This document shows, one piece after another, positions 51,913-61,358 of a stretch of 64,000 nt of DNA. The stretch covers positions 1,988-65,987 of the forward strand of contig CAISTG010000036.1 of NCBI GenBank assembly GCA_903888345.1. The letters are read 5' to 3'. Each line of letters starts with the position of its first letter. The stretch's first letter is position 1. This DNA is from Candidatus Buchananbacteria bacterium. Its GTDB lineage: Bacteria > Patescibacteriota > Patescibacteriia > 2-01-FULL-39-33. The translations under genes were made by a program, and so were the position numbers. The notes under the pieces were generated by a model, which made no database searches, was not told the origin of the DNA, and worked only from the letters and a program-made list of their open reading frames with translations.

Positions 51913-52287
51913 ATGAATACTAGTACTTTGGTGGTAGTCGAGAGTCCATTTGCCGGTGATGTTTCCACCAACATTAAATATGCACGTGCCTGTGTTATGG
52001 ATTGTCTTAAGCGGGGTGAATTTCCCTTTGCTTCGCATCTGTTATATACACAAACTGGTGTTTTGCGTGATAATGTTCCCAGTGAACGTGAATTGGGGAT
52101 TATTGCCGGTTTAGCCTGGGGAGAAAGAGCTGATAAAACCGTGGTCTATATTGATTTGGGAGTAACTCGGGGCATGGAGTTTGGCATTAATGCCGCGCGT
52201 CAAGTTAAGAGACCGATTGAATATCGTACCTTGAATGGTGACGTCTTGTATCGGATTATTGGTAAAGCAACACCGATTAGTTTTTGA
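51913..52287 (+). CDS. Phage-type small protein with a nucleoside deoxyribosyltransferase-like signature (C10)
   Basis: VVESPFAGD, PFASHLLY, ERELGI, VYIDLGVTRGM; AGGAGG SD; promoter TTGCTT-17-TAAGAT at 51832. Confidence 0.7.
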   Translation: MNTSTLVVVESPFAGDVSTNIKYARACVMDCLKRGEFPFASHLLYTQTGVLRDNVPSERELGIIAGLAWGERADKTVVYIDLGVTRGMEFGINAARQVKRPIEYRTLNGDVLYRIIGKATPISF

Positions 52288-52298
52288 TTTTGTACCTC

Positions 52299-52325
52299 AA
52301 CGCTTACTTTCGAGTAAGCGTTTTT
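52299..52325 (+). terminator. Terminator of C10
   Basis: AACGCTTACT-TTCG-AGTAAGCGTT-TTT. Confidence 0.85.
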
Positions 52326-52404
52326 ATATTTGCATTTAAAATCTGAATTTGTTATAATATATTTAAATTTAGATAGGAGGAAAGATTAAATTTAACAGAA
52401 TATT

Positions 52405-53859
52405 ATGTCAAGAACCACTATTAAGGAGGTGGCTGAAGCAGCAGGACAAGTCGTAACCGTTAAGGGTTGGGTGCATACCCGCCGGGATCATGGAAAATTA
52501 ATTTTCATTGATATTCGCGATCGTAGCGGCATTCTTCAAGTTGTATTTATTCCATCGAATAAAGAAGCACATGAATTAGCTCAAACTTTGCGTAGTGAAT
52601 TCGTGGTAGCGATTACCGGCCAGATCAATGAACGCCCGGCCAATATGATTAATGACAAGATTCCGACCGGCAAAGTTGAGATGTTAGCGACTGGATTAGA
52701 GATTATTAATGAAGCCAAGACCACGCCATTTCAGATTGATCAGGATACGATGGAAGTGAGTGAAGAATTACGCATGAAATACCGCTATTTGGATTTGCGA
52801 TCACTGCGCATGATGAACAATTTAGTGATGCGCTCCAAAGTTAATAAATTCTTTCGCGATTTTTTGGAGAAGCAGGACTTCTTAGAAATTGAAACACCGA
52901 TTTTAACTAAAGGCACGCCGGAGGGCGCGCGCGAATTTTTGGTGCCATCCCGCATTTGGCCAGGAAAGTTTTATGTTTTGCCGCAATCACCTCAGCAATT
53001 CAAACAATTACTGATGGTAGCTGGTACGGAAAAATATTTCCAGATCGCTAGATGTTTCCGCGATGAAGATACTCGTGGCGATCGCCAAGCTGAATTCACT
53101 CAACTTGATATCGAGATGAGTTTTATCGAACAAGAAGATCTGTGGCAGATTATTGAAGGTATGACGATTGAATTAGTCGAAACTTTATATCCGCATAAAA
53201 AGTTAACTGCTAAGCCATTTCCGCGCTTGACGCATGCCGAGTGTATGGAGAAATACGGCACTGATAAGCCGGATTTAAGAGTTAACAAAGAAGATCCGGA
53301 TGAGTTGGCATTTATGTGGCTGGTTGATGCTCCGATGTTTAAATATAGCGAGACAGAAAAGAAATTAGTTGCCGCGCATCATCCATTTACGATGCCGAAT
53401 CTTGATGATATGAAGGAGTTTCCTGAAGAACCGCGCAAGTGGCGTTCCTATGGTTATGATTTAGTTTTGAATGGCTTTGAAATTGGTGGTGGTTCAATCA
53501 GAATTCATTTACGCGATATCCAACAAAAAGTATTCGAACTATTGGGTGTGGGCGAAGCAGAAATCAAGAATCGTTTTGGCCATATGCTCGAGGCTTTTGA
53601 ATTTGGCGCGCCACCTCATGGCGGATTAGCTTTCGGCATTGACCGTGTGTTGGCGATTTTACAAAACGAACCGAATATTCGCGAGGTTATTGTTTTCCCC
53701 AAGACCGGTGATAGTCGTGATTTGATGATGGATGCACCTAACTATACTAGTTTAGCCGCTTTGCGTGAGGCTAATATCCGGTTGCCAGAAAAGCTAGAGG
53801 CCGAAGCTAAAGAAAAAGGTATTAACTTATACGGCGAGCAATCGCAGATTGCGGATTAA
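52405..53859 (+). CDS. aspS: Aspartate--tRNA ligase, compact form without the GAD insertion
   Basis: GWVHTRRDHG, RYLDLR, LPQSPQQFKQ, FRDED, GAPPHGGLAFGIDR. Confidence 0.95.
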   Translation: MSRTTIKEVAEAAGQVVTVKGWVHTRRDHGKLIFIDIRDRSGILQVVFIPSNKEAHELAQTLRSEFVVAITGQINERPANMINDKIPTGKVEMLATGLEIINEAKTTPFQIDQDTMEVSEELRMKYRYLDLRSLRMMNNLVMRSKVNKFFRDFLEKQDFLEIETPILTKGTPEGAREFLVPSRIWPGKFYVLPQSPQQFKQLLMVAGTEKYFQIARCFRDEDTRGDRQAEFTQLDIEMSFIEQEDLWQIIEGMTIELVETLYPHKKLTAKPFPRLTHAECMEKYGTDKPDLRVNKEDPDELAFMWLVDAPMFKYSETEKKLVAAHHPFTMPNLDDMKEFPEEPRKWRSYGYDLVLNGFEIGGGSIRIHLRDIQQKVFELLGVGEAEIKNRFGHMLEAFEFGAPPHGGLAFGIDRVLAILQNEPNIREVIVFPKTGDSRDLMMDAPNYTSLAALREANIRLPEKLEAEAKEKGINLYGEQSQIAD

Positions 53860-53904
53860 GATTGTTACGTAGCGGGTTACGTAACAAAATAATATTAATA
53901 TTTT

Positions 53905-54543
53905 ATGGTTTTTTCTCCAGAAACATCACAACCAAGTCAGACGCCGGAGTATGAATATGCTTTTAAGGATGCACAGACCGAATCTCCCGAGCAAATTATT
54001 CAGAACATCCAGGCCTTAAGGTTAAGGATTGCCGAGGCAGAGCAAAATATTATTAGCAATGAACAGGCCCTAACAGAGGCTACCGATGAACGTCGAAGGG
54101 GATTTTTGTTGGCGGAAATTGAGATCAACCGGAAATCGATAATTAAAGAGCAGGATTTTATTAAGGGTTATACTGACGGCGCAGCGCAACGAGCACAAAG
54201 TAATGATCCCGAAAAAGGTACTGATCAGATTGAAAGGGAATTCAAGAAAATTGAATTAAAAGTTGTTGATCCGGTAATGGATAAGGGGTTTTGTATTACT
54301 TACGACTGTCCCGATAGAAGCTTTTGCGCGCTATACAATATGGCCATTAAAAACGTTTTAGATAAAGAAAAAATGCGGCCATTTTTGCAAAGTGGCGATT
54401 GGTCTGAAGCGGGTTGGCATATGTGGGAAGTTTGGCAATTCACTGATCACGCTCAGATGGAAAGTTTTTTAGAGTTAATCCAAAAAGAAGCCGAAGATTT
54501 ATTTGAGCAATATAAAAATCAGAGTTACTTTTGGGAACAATAA
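53905..54543 (+). CDS. Hypothetical protein
   Basis: 212-aa ORF in operon orientation. Confidence 0.65.
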   Translation: MVFSPETSQPSQTPEYEYAFKDAQTESPEQIIQNIQALRLRIAEAEQNIISNEQALTEATDERRRGFLLAEIEINRKSIIKEQDFIKGYTDGAAQRAQSNDPEKGTDQIEREFKKIELKVVDPVMDKGFCITYDCPDRSFCALYNMAIKNVLDKEKMRPFLQSGDWSEAGWHMWEVWQFTDHAQMESFLELIQKEAEDLFEQYKNQSYFWEQ

Positions 54544-54549
54544 TAATTT

Positions 54550-55368
54550 ATGAAAAAAATATTTTTGTTAGTTTTGGTTGCTTTAGCTGTTACTTTAACT
54601 GGCTGCGCTTTACCGTGGCAAAAAACAACGCCGGTGGCTTGTACGATGGAAGCCAAGCTTTGTTCTGATGGTTCGTCGGTGGGTAGAACTGGCCCGAATT
54701 GTGAGTTTGCTGCTTGTCCGACGCCAAAGTTATGTACTGATGGTTCGGTTTGCCCGGTGACATCAACTTCGCAGCTTGCCAATCCTGCCGCAGTTAATTG
54801 TGAGGGCAAGGGTGGAACGTCACTAGTAAAATATCGCGGCGATGGCGGGCAGTATGCCATATGTTATTTTGAAGATAATCGCGCTTGCGAGGAATGGGCG
54901 ATGTTTCGTGGCGATTGTCCTGTTGGTGGTATCAAAACAACCGGATTTAATACTGAAGCTCAAAGATATTGCGCTTGGTCTGGAGGTTCGACTTTTGCTG
55001 TAGCCAATGCCGTATGCAAATTTAAGGATGGATCGCAGTGTTTGGCTGAGGCATTTTATGTTGGTATCTGTCAAAAAGGCGCAATAACTGGCTCAGGTAA
55101 AAATAATTTTAGTGTAGGTGGTAATCTGACTATTAATAAGTCCGTTCATTATTTAACAGTTAGGAATTATAATTCACTGAGTGATTCCTGGGTTGAAAGT
55201 GGGCCCTTTGCCTTAAAATTAACAAGTGAAAGTAAATGCGAATCTGCCAGTGTTAAATTGACTAGTTGTTCTAATTTTAAAATACCCGATACTTATAGTG
55301 GTGTTACAATCGAGGGCTATATGAGCGGTCAAGAAATTATAGTATCGACATTAATTTTAGTTCAGTAA
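54550..55368 (+). CDS. Cys-rich lipoprotein with DUF333-like repeats
   Basis: Lipobox LTG|C; CTMEAKLCSDGS; ANPAAVNC...GG...CEEWAMFRGDC. Confidence 0.8.
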   Translation: MKKIFLLVLVALAVTLTGCALPWQKTTPVACTMEAKLCSDGSSVGRTGPNCEFAACPTPKLCTDGSVCPVTSTSQLANPAAVNCEGKGGTSLVKYRGDGGQYAICYFEDNRACEEWAMFRGDCPVGGIKTTGFNTEAQRYCAWSGGSTFAVANAVCKFKDGSQCLAEAFYVGICQKGAITGSGKNNFSVGGNLTINKSVHYLTVRNYNSLSDSWVESGPFALKLTSESKCESASVKLTSCSNFKIPDTYSGVTIEGYMSGQEIIVSTLILVQ

Positions 55369-55394
55369 TATTAATTTAATTTTTGCAATAGTAT

Positions 55395-56060
55395 ATGAAA
55401 TTAACTTTGGAGGGTGTTAAAAAAAATGCGTACGTTGATAATTTTATCCAGCAAACAGAAAAATATTTAGTTGCGCTGGGTTATACTGATCATGGTCCGC
55501 GACATGTCGGTATTGTAGCTACTCGTTGTCAAATGTTGGCCCAACGCCTTAAGTTGAGCGCGCACGACGTGGAGTTGGCTGGTGTCGCTGGGTATTGTCA
55601 TGACATGGGAAATTATTTGGGTCGCACGCAGCATCATTACTGGTCCGCCATGCTATTTTCTCAAATTTTTATTCCAGAAGCTGATCCGGCTGATGTTTCT
55701 CGTGTCTGTCAGGCAATTGTTAGTCATGATAAAGATGAAATCAAGATTGTTGATAAGTTGGCCGCTATACTGATTTTGGCTGATAAGTCTGATGTACATC
55801 GTGATCGCGTGGTACGTAAGGATTTGAAGGGCATCATGGGCGACATTCATGATCGAGTTAATTATGCCGCCACTAATAATAGTTTGAAAATAAATCCTCT
55901 ACGCAAGCAAATCGTGCTGAAGGTTACAATTGATACTAAGGAAGCGAGTCCGATGGATTATTTTCAGATTTTTTCCGAACGTATGTCATTTTGCCAGGTA
56001 GCGGCGCAGTTTTTGGGCTATCGCTTTGTTTTGATTATTAATAATTTTAAGTTATCATAA
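55395..56060 (+). CDS. HD-domain phosphohydrolase
   Basis: TDHGPRH, HDMGN, HH, HD, ADKSD. Confidence 0.85.
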   Translation: MKLTLEGVKKNAYVDNFIQQTEKYLVALGYTDHGPRHVGIVATRCQMLAQRLKLSAHDVELAGVAGYCHDMGNYLGRTQHHYWSAMLFSQIFIPEADPADVSRVCQAIVSHDKDEIKIVDKLAAILILADKSDVHRDRVVRKDLKGIMGDIHDRVNYAATNNSLKINPLRKQIVLKVTIDTKEASPMDYFQIFSERMSFCQVAAQFLGYRFVLIINNFKLS

Positions 56061-56125
56061 TTTTTTAGATTGAATTACTGTCTTATAGTAAAAGAAATAG
56101 CTCAATCTAAAAGGAGGGAAACAAT

Positions 56126-57181
56126 ATGGCAAAAAAAGTAACTAAAAAGGTTGTGACTCAAGCACCACCGGATAAAAACAAGTATAAAGGCAAGGGAGCG
56201 CTTGATGCTTTTTTAAATCTTTTATCGTTAATATCACTTGGTTGGACGTCCTGGGCGATTGGAGCGATTGCTTTTGAATTGATTTATCGCTATGTGGAAA
56301 TGCAATCAAAAGTAGCCAATATTAATATCTATTCCGATCAAGGTATTAAGTATGCGATTGCTTCGCTTTTGGTTATTGGACCGGTGTATTTCTTGGCGGT
56401 TAATTTGTTACATCGCCGTTATAAGACTGATGAACTTAACCATAATAGCGGAATTTATCGCTGGCTGACTTATTTGATGCTCTTAGCCTCGGCTCTTAGT
56501 ATCGTCGGATCGTTAATTGCTTTGATTGCTAGTTTCTTGAATGGTGATTATAGTTTGTCGATTGTGCTAGATATTTTAGTAATCATGGTGATCGCCTTAT
56601 TTATTTTTGGTTATTATTTTTATGATTTGAAACGTAGTGATTATAAGAAGATTGACCGAGTGTCAGCCATTGTTGGTGGCGTTGTGGTGGTGGCGATGAT
56701 TGTAGCGGTTATCTTCGGCTTTTTAAACGTTGAAACACCGGCAAAGACTCGCGCCAGGTTATTGGATTCACGGACTGAGAATGCCTTATCTAGTTTAGTG
56801 ATGTCGGTTGCTAATGATTATTCTATAAATAAAAAAGTGCCCAATCAGATTAGTAATTTAGCGGAATGGGTCAGTCCGAGTAAGGATATTTCTGTTGTCG
56901 GTATAACGTATCGCCAAATTGATAATCAGAATTTTGAGTTGTGTGCTGATTTTAATTTAGCTGCCGCGACTAAATATAATGTAGCCACCGATATGCCTTG
57001 GGGTGGCCATCCGGCGGGTCATGCTTGCTACAACTTTGATGCGAATCAGGCTTTGAATAGATATTATGGCACCAAGATTGATAATGGGATGGCGTCACCA
57101 GTCGTGACTCCCGCTGCGCCCGTTAATGTAATAGCTACTACTACCGCCACCACGACTGCTACTACCACTAAAAATAAATAA
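56126..57181 (+). CDS. DUF5671-like membrane protein
   Basis: Five TM helices, YAIASL, RWLTYL, FELCADF...GHACY. Confidence 0.7.
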   Translation: MAKKVTKKVVTQAPPDKNKYKGKGALDAFLNLLSLISLGWTSWAIGAIAFELIYRYVEMQSKVANINIYSDQGIKYAIASLLVIGPVYFLAVNLLHRRYKTDELNHNSGIYRWLTYLMLLASALSIVGSLIALIASFLNGDYSLSIVLDILVIMVIALFIFGYYFYDLKRSDYKKIDRVSAIVGGVVVVAMIVAVIFGFLNVETPAKTRARLLDSRTENALSSLVMSVANDYSINKKVPNQISNLAEWVSPSKDISVVGITYRQIDNQNFELCADFNLAAATKYNVATDMPWGGHPAGHACYNFDANQALNRYYGTKIDNGMASPVVTPAAPVNVIATTTATTTATTTKNK

Positions 57182-57200
57182 TAATATTAACTAACTTCCT

Positions 57201-57260
57201 GGATTCTCGGATATTCCCGCAATGGCTTGCTAGCCTTAATGCAAAAATTCCGAGAATGAC
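57201..57260. repeat. REP-like arm GGATTCTCGG...CCGAGAATGAC
   Basis: Inverted repeat ending AATGAC like the other family members. Confidence 0.65.
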
Positions 57261-57300
57261 GGATAATGATCTAGTCTAATAAACAATAATCCACAAATGT

Positions 57301-58020
57301 ATGGCCTTACCAGCAAAAGTAAAAAAATATCTTGACGCGACTGGCGTAGATTATGAAGCTTTGGTGCACAAAACGGTTTATACCGCCTATGATGCTGCTC
57401 AAACATTAAAAAAGGAATTAAAAGAAATCGCCAAGACCATTTTGATCGAGGCTGACAAAACTCATGTCTTATTGGTGCTACCGGCAGATAAGAAGATCGA
57501 TATGGAAAAACTCAAGAAAGCTTTGGGTGCTAAAAAGATTTCTATTCCTAGTGAAAAGGTGATGATCAAGGTCTTAAAAATTCAGCCAGGCACTTTATCG
57601 TCATTTGGTAAATTACACAATTTAGAAGTTGTCGTTGATAAAGCAATGTTGAATGCTCAGAAAATGGTAGTTTCAACCGGTAGTTTTACTGATTCAGTTT
57701 TTATGAAGGTTAAAGATTTTATTCAATCACAAGAGGCCCACTTGGCAAATGTCGCCATGGCTGGTGGTTATAAGATCCCGAAGCAAATGAAGAAAACCAT
57801 GAAGAAAGTTAAGAAACAAGTATCAGCAAAAAAGGATAAAATCACGAAAGTCAAAGTGCCTAAAGCGATCAAGAAACTAGTTAAGCCAGTTAAGAAGGCA
57901 ATTAAGAAAGCCGTTACTAAGCCAGTAGCTAAGAAAAAAGTTGTTAAGAAAGTAGCAAAGAAGGCTACTAAGAAAGTGGTTAAGAAGGTAGCTAAAAAAG
58001 TTGCTAAGAAGAAAAAATAA
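57301..58020 (+). CDS. YbaK/ProX-like aminoacyl-tRNA deacylase with a Lys-rich tail
   Basis: H..VYTA, IAKTILI, LVLPA, PGTLSSFG; C-terminal KKVVKK repeats. Confidence 0.82.
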   Translation: MALPAKVKKYLDATGVDYEALVHKTVYTAYDAAQTLKKELKEIAKTILIEADKTHVLLVLPADKKIDMEKLKKALGAKKISIPSEKVMIKVLKIQPGTLSSFGKLHNLEVVVDKAMLNAQKMVVSTGSFTDSVFMKVKDFIQSQEAHLANVAMAGGYKIPKQMKKTMKKVKKQVSAKKDKITKVKVPKAIKKLVKPVKKAIKKAVTKPVAKKKVVKKVAKKATKKVVKKVAKKVAKKKK

Positions 58021-58026
58021 ATATTT

Positions 58027-58263
58027 ATGGGCACTCTAAAAAAATATTGGTGGTTAGTAGCCATAATTTTGGTGTTCATTGTAATTGGATTAATTTGGAA
58101 TATTAAGCTACCTAAGAATATTGAATATTGTGCCAGATATCAGACGCCGACTACTTGTGAGGTCATGGGTTGTGATTGGCCAGGCCCAACTTGTGCTTTA
58201 CCTGGTCAAAATTGTGGCTTTGCTTATAATCCTGACTTAGATAAATGTTTGCCTAAAAAATAG
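58027..58263 (+). CDS. Small membrane-anchored Cys-rich protein
   Basis: TM helix plus six Cys. Confidence 0.6.
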   Translation: MGTLKKYWWLVAIILVFIVIGLIWNIKLPKNIEYCARYQTPTTCEVMGCDWPGPTCALPGQNCGFAYNPDLDKCLPKK

Positions 58264-58273
58264 AAAATTTTTG

Positions 58274-58972
58274 ATGCTTAATTACGAATTAGAACAATTT
58301 AGTGGTCCGCTCGATTTATTACTTAATTTAATCGAAGCGGAAAAGTTGGATATTTCTCAGGTTTCATTAGCCAAGGTTACTGATCAGTATTTGGCATATC
58401 TTGATGCCTCAATTGATTTGCCGGCCACTGAATTGGCAGATTTTTTAGTAGTTGCTACTAAATTGCTGGTTATCAAATCTAAAACTTTGTTGCCGAAGAT
58501 GGCGGACGAGGAAGAGGATAGTGCCGAGCAATTAGAAGCACAACTGAAGATGTATAAGGAATATTTGGAGGCGAGCAAGAAAATTGAGGCGATGATCGCC
58601 TTAAAACATTATGCTTTTACTCGCGAACGATTGCCGATTGACTTTCGACCGAAGTTTTCTCCACCGCCGAATTTACAACTATCCGATTTACAAAGCATGT
58701 TTGAAGAAGTTATTAAACGAATAGAATATGTGACGAGCTTGCCACAAAAGATCATGGAGCGGGCAGTCAGTTTAAAAGAAATGGTTAGCGGTATTAGGGA
58801 GGCCTTGCAACGCGCACAGAAAATGAATTTTCGCGAGGTGATTGCTCAAGCAAAATCTAAGGCTGAAGTCGTTGTCTGTTTTATGGCTTTACTGGAATTG
58901 ATTAAGTCGGGCGAAGCGGCCGTCAATCAAAAAGGAATTTTTGATGAAATCGAAGTTGAAAAAGCAATTTAA
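58274..58972 (+). CDS. scpA: Segregation and condensation protein A
   Basis: FSGPLDLLL, IKSKTLLP, FMALLELIK. Confidence 0.93.
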   Translation: MLNYELEQFSGPLDLLLNLIEAEKLDISQVSLAKVTDQYLAYLDASIDLPATELADFLVVATKLLVIKSKTLLPKMADEEEDSAEQLEAQLKMYKEYLEASKKIEAMIALKHYAFTRERLPIDFRPKFSPPPNLQLSDLQSMFEEVIKRIEYVTSLPQKIMERAVSLKEMVSGIREALQRAQKMNFREVIAQAKSKAEVVVCFMALLELIKSGEAAVNQKGIFDEIEVEKAI

Positions 58973-58983
58973 TAGCGTCATTA

Positions 58984-59604
58984 ATGACAAAAAGAAGTAT
59001 GGATGTAAAAAATAAATTAGAATCATTATTATTCATTTCACATAAACCGTTATCTCTTAATGAGCTTGTGAAATTGTTAACAGAAGAAAAGAGCGTGATT
59101 GAGGCGGCTTTAGCTGAACTGCAAAACGAATATCAGACTCGCGCTGGTGGAATTGAGATTTTACAAGTTGAAGATAAATTTCAAATGGCGGCGAGCGGTG
59201 ATAATGCAGAATTGATCGCTAAGTTTTTAAATACGGAGATGGCTGGTGATTTGACTAAGCCGTCACTTGAAACTTTGACGATTATTGCTTATCGTGGGCC
59301 AATTTCTAAAGTTGAATTAGAGTTAATTCGCGGAATTAATTGCTCGATGATCTTGCGTAATTTATTGATGCGTGGTCTGATCGAATCTAAAGAAGATAAA
59401 GTTAGAGCGACCATTGTTTATCAGATCACTTTTGAATTTTTGAAATATTTAGGCCTAGCGACAGTTAATGAGTTGCCGGATTTTGAAAAGCTAAATCGCA
59501 GCAATAATTTAGAGAAGTTATTACAAGGCCTAGTTGGGGGTGACGCCGAGCAAGAAATCAAAAATGAGGTTACCGAAAGTTTTTCGGCACCGCTTACCAT
59601 TTAA
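58984..59604 (+). CDS. scpB: Segregation and condensation protein B
   Basis: LESLLF, LETLTIIAYRGP, IRGINC, FLKYLGL..LP. Confidence 0.93.
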   Translation: MTKRSMDVKNKLESLLFISHKPLSLNELVKLLTEEKSVIEAALAELQNEYQTRAGGIEILQVEDKFQMAASGDNAELIAKFLNTEMAGDLTKPSLETLTIIAYRGPISKVELELIRGINCSMILRNLLMRGLIESKEDKVRATIVYQITFEFLKYLGLATVNELPDFEKLNRSNNLEKLLQGLVGGDAEQEIKNEVTESFSAPLTI

Positions 59605-59622
59605 TCATAATCTTAATTTATT

Positions 59623-60546
59623 GTGTTTGAAATCATTTTAAACCTGCTTTTAACCAGCATTTTCTTGCGGGCATCGGCTACGAGTTATCTCAATCCGATT
59701 TTACCGGCTAATACTTTGCCGTTGGCGCAACAAAAAATTGAAGCGCCGATACCAGAGCGTGATCCGGCGGCAACTAGCCTGGGCGTTAAAGTAACCGCCA
59801 AAAGCTTTATCGTTGTCGAGCCGGAAAGTGGAGCGGTCTTGTATGAAAAGAATTCACAAGAACCGCGTTCGATTGCTTCGATCACTAAATTAATGACTAC
59901 TTTAGTTTTCTTGGAATATAATCCAGGCTGGGATCAACAAATTACCATGCAGGCCGATGATTTTTCCGCTGGGGCGACGCCGGTCCTGCAAATCGGGGAC
60001 AAGATTACGGTCAGAGACTTATTTTATTCGATGTTGGTGGCATCTTCTAATGAAGCCGCCAAAGCTCTGGCGCGTTCAACTAGATTAAGTTCGGAAGATT
60101 TTGCTTTTCAAATGAATGTACGAGCGAAAGTCTTGGATATGAATAATTCGCAGTTTGTCGAGCCGACGGGACTTTCCATGGATAATCAAGCTTCCGCTGA
60201 GGATATTGTTAAATTAATTCAAGTCGCCTTTTCACATTCCGAAGTTCGCAAGGCTGGTTCTACCAAAAGCTATTCAGTTAAAGTTCTCAATAAAGATGCT
60301 AAGCGAGCCATGGAAAGTACCGACAAAATATTAAAGGAAGATTTTGGCACCAATAACGCTAGCTATAAGATTGAATTTGGCAAAACCGGCTTTATTAACG
60401 CTGCCGGCTATTGTTTTACTAGCCAGGTTAAGGATGATAAGAATCGCAAACTACTAATCGCTGTTTTGGGTAGCTCTTCTACTTATGATCGTTTTACTGA
60501 CACCAAAAGCTTGGCTTATTGGGTTTTTAACAGCTATAAATGGTAG
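59623..60546 (+). CDS. D-alanyl-D-alanine carboxypeptidase/endopeptidase (S11)
   Basis: IASITKLMT, SSN, GKTGF. Confidence 0.9.
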   Translation: MFEIILNLLLTSIFLRASATSYLNPILPANTLPLAQQKIEAPIPERDPAATSLGVKVTAKSFIVVEPESGAVLYEKNSQEPRSIASITKLMTTLVFLEYNPGWDQQITMQADDFSAGATPVLQIGDKITVRDLFYSMLVASSNEAAKALARSTRLSSEDFAFQMNVRAKVLDMNNSQFVEPTGLSMDNQASAEDIVKLIQVAFSHSEVRKAGSTKSYSVKVLNKDAKRAMESTDKILKEDFGTNNASYKIEFGKTGFINAAGYCFTSQVKDDKNRKLLIAVLGSSSTYDRFTDTKSLAYWVFNSYKW

Positions 60547-60587
60547 TATAATTGATTAAAATTTTCGCAGTACGAATTTTGAAATTT

Positions 60588-61349
60588 ATGAAAAAAGTAA
60601 TTATCGCTAATTGGAAAATGAATTTAGGTTTCCGTGATAGCATGAAGTTGGCAACGGAATTGGCGAAACAAGTACCGGAGATCGAATTGGGATCGAAGGA
60701 GGTTATTATTTGTCCTTCCGCCAGTTCATTGTTGCTCGTGGCGGAAATCCTAAAAGAGCATTTATTCGGCTTGGGCGTGCAGGATATTTTTTGGGAGGAT
60801 CAAGGTGCCTTTACTGGCGGTGAATCACCGAAATTTATTTATGAGGCGGGTTGCCGTTATGCTATTATTGGACACTCAGAACGACGGCAGTATCTGGCCG
60901 AGACGGATGAAATGGTCCATCAAAAAACCAAGGCGGCTTTAGCGGCAGGCGTGACGCCGATTCTTTGTGTGGGTGAAACTTTCGAAGAACGTAGCCGGAA
61001 TTTAACGGACAATGTTCTGATGAGTCAGGCGATTAAGGCTTTGTCGGGCATTGATTTATTGCCGAACGAGCAATTAGTGGTGGCTTATGAGCCGGTTTGG
61101 GTTATTGGCAGTGGTCGCTCTCTGGATCCGAGCGAAGCGCAACACGCGTTTAGGATTATTTATCAGGCACTGTTGGATCTTTTTCCCTTGCATGTCGTCA
61201 ATAACAATATTCGCATTATTTATGGCGGTTCAGTTGATGGCGTTAATGCGAGCGAATTTGTTGGACTCGAGCATTTCGGCGGTTTCTTAATCGGCGGCGC
61301 CAGCCTAAGAGTTGAAGAATTTATCTCTATTATCAAACAAACCAAATAA
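60588..61349 (+). CDS. tpiA: Triosephosphate isomerase
   Basis: ANWKMN, GHSERR, AYEPVW, YGGSV, GGASL; ATG 60588. Confidence 0.96.
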   Translation: MKKVIIANWKMNLGFRDSMKLATELAKQVPEIELGSKEVIICPSASSLLLVAEILKEHLFGLGVQDIFWEDQGAFTGGESPKFIYEAGCRYAIIGHSERRQYLAETDEMVHQKTKAALAAGVTPILCVGETFEERSRNLTDNVLMSQAIKALSGIDLLPNEQLVVAYEPVWVIGSGRSLDPSEAQHAFRIIYQALLDLFPLHVVNNNIRIIYGGSVDGVNASEFVGLEHFGGFLIGGASLRVEEFISIIKQTK

Positions 61350-61358
61350 ACTTAAAAT

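Noticed and set aside
57768-58079. Phe/Leu/Thr-rich minus ORF
   Set aside because: Antisense mirror of the Lys-rich tail
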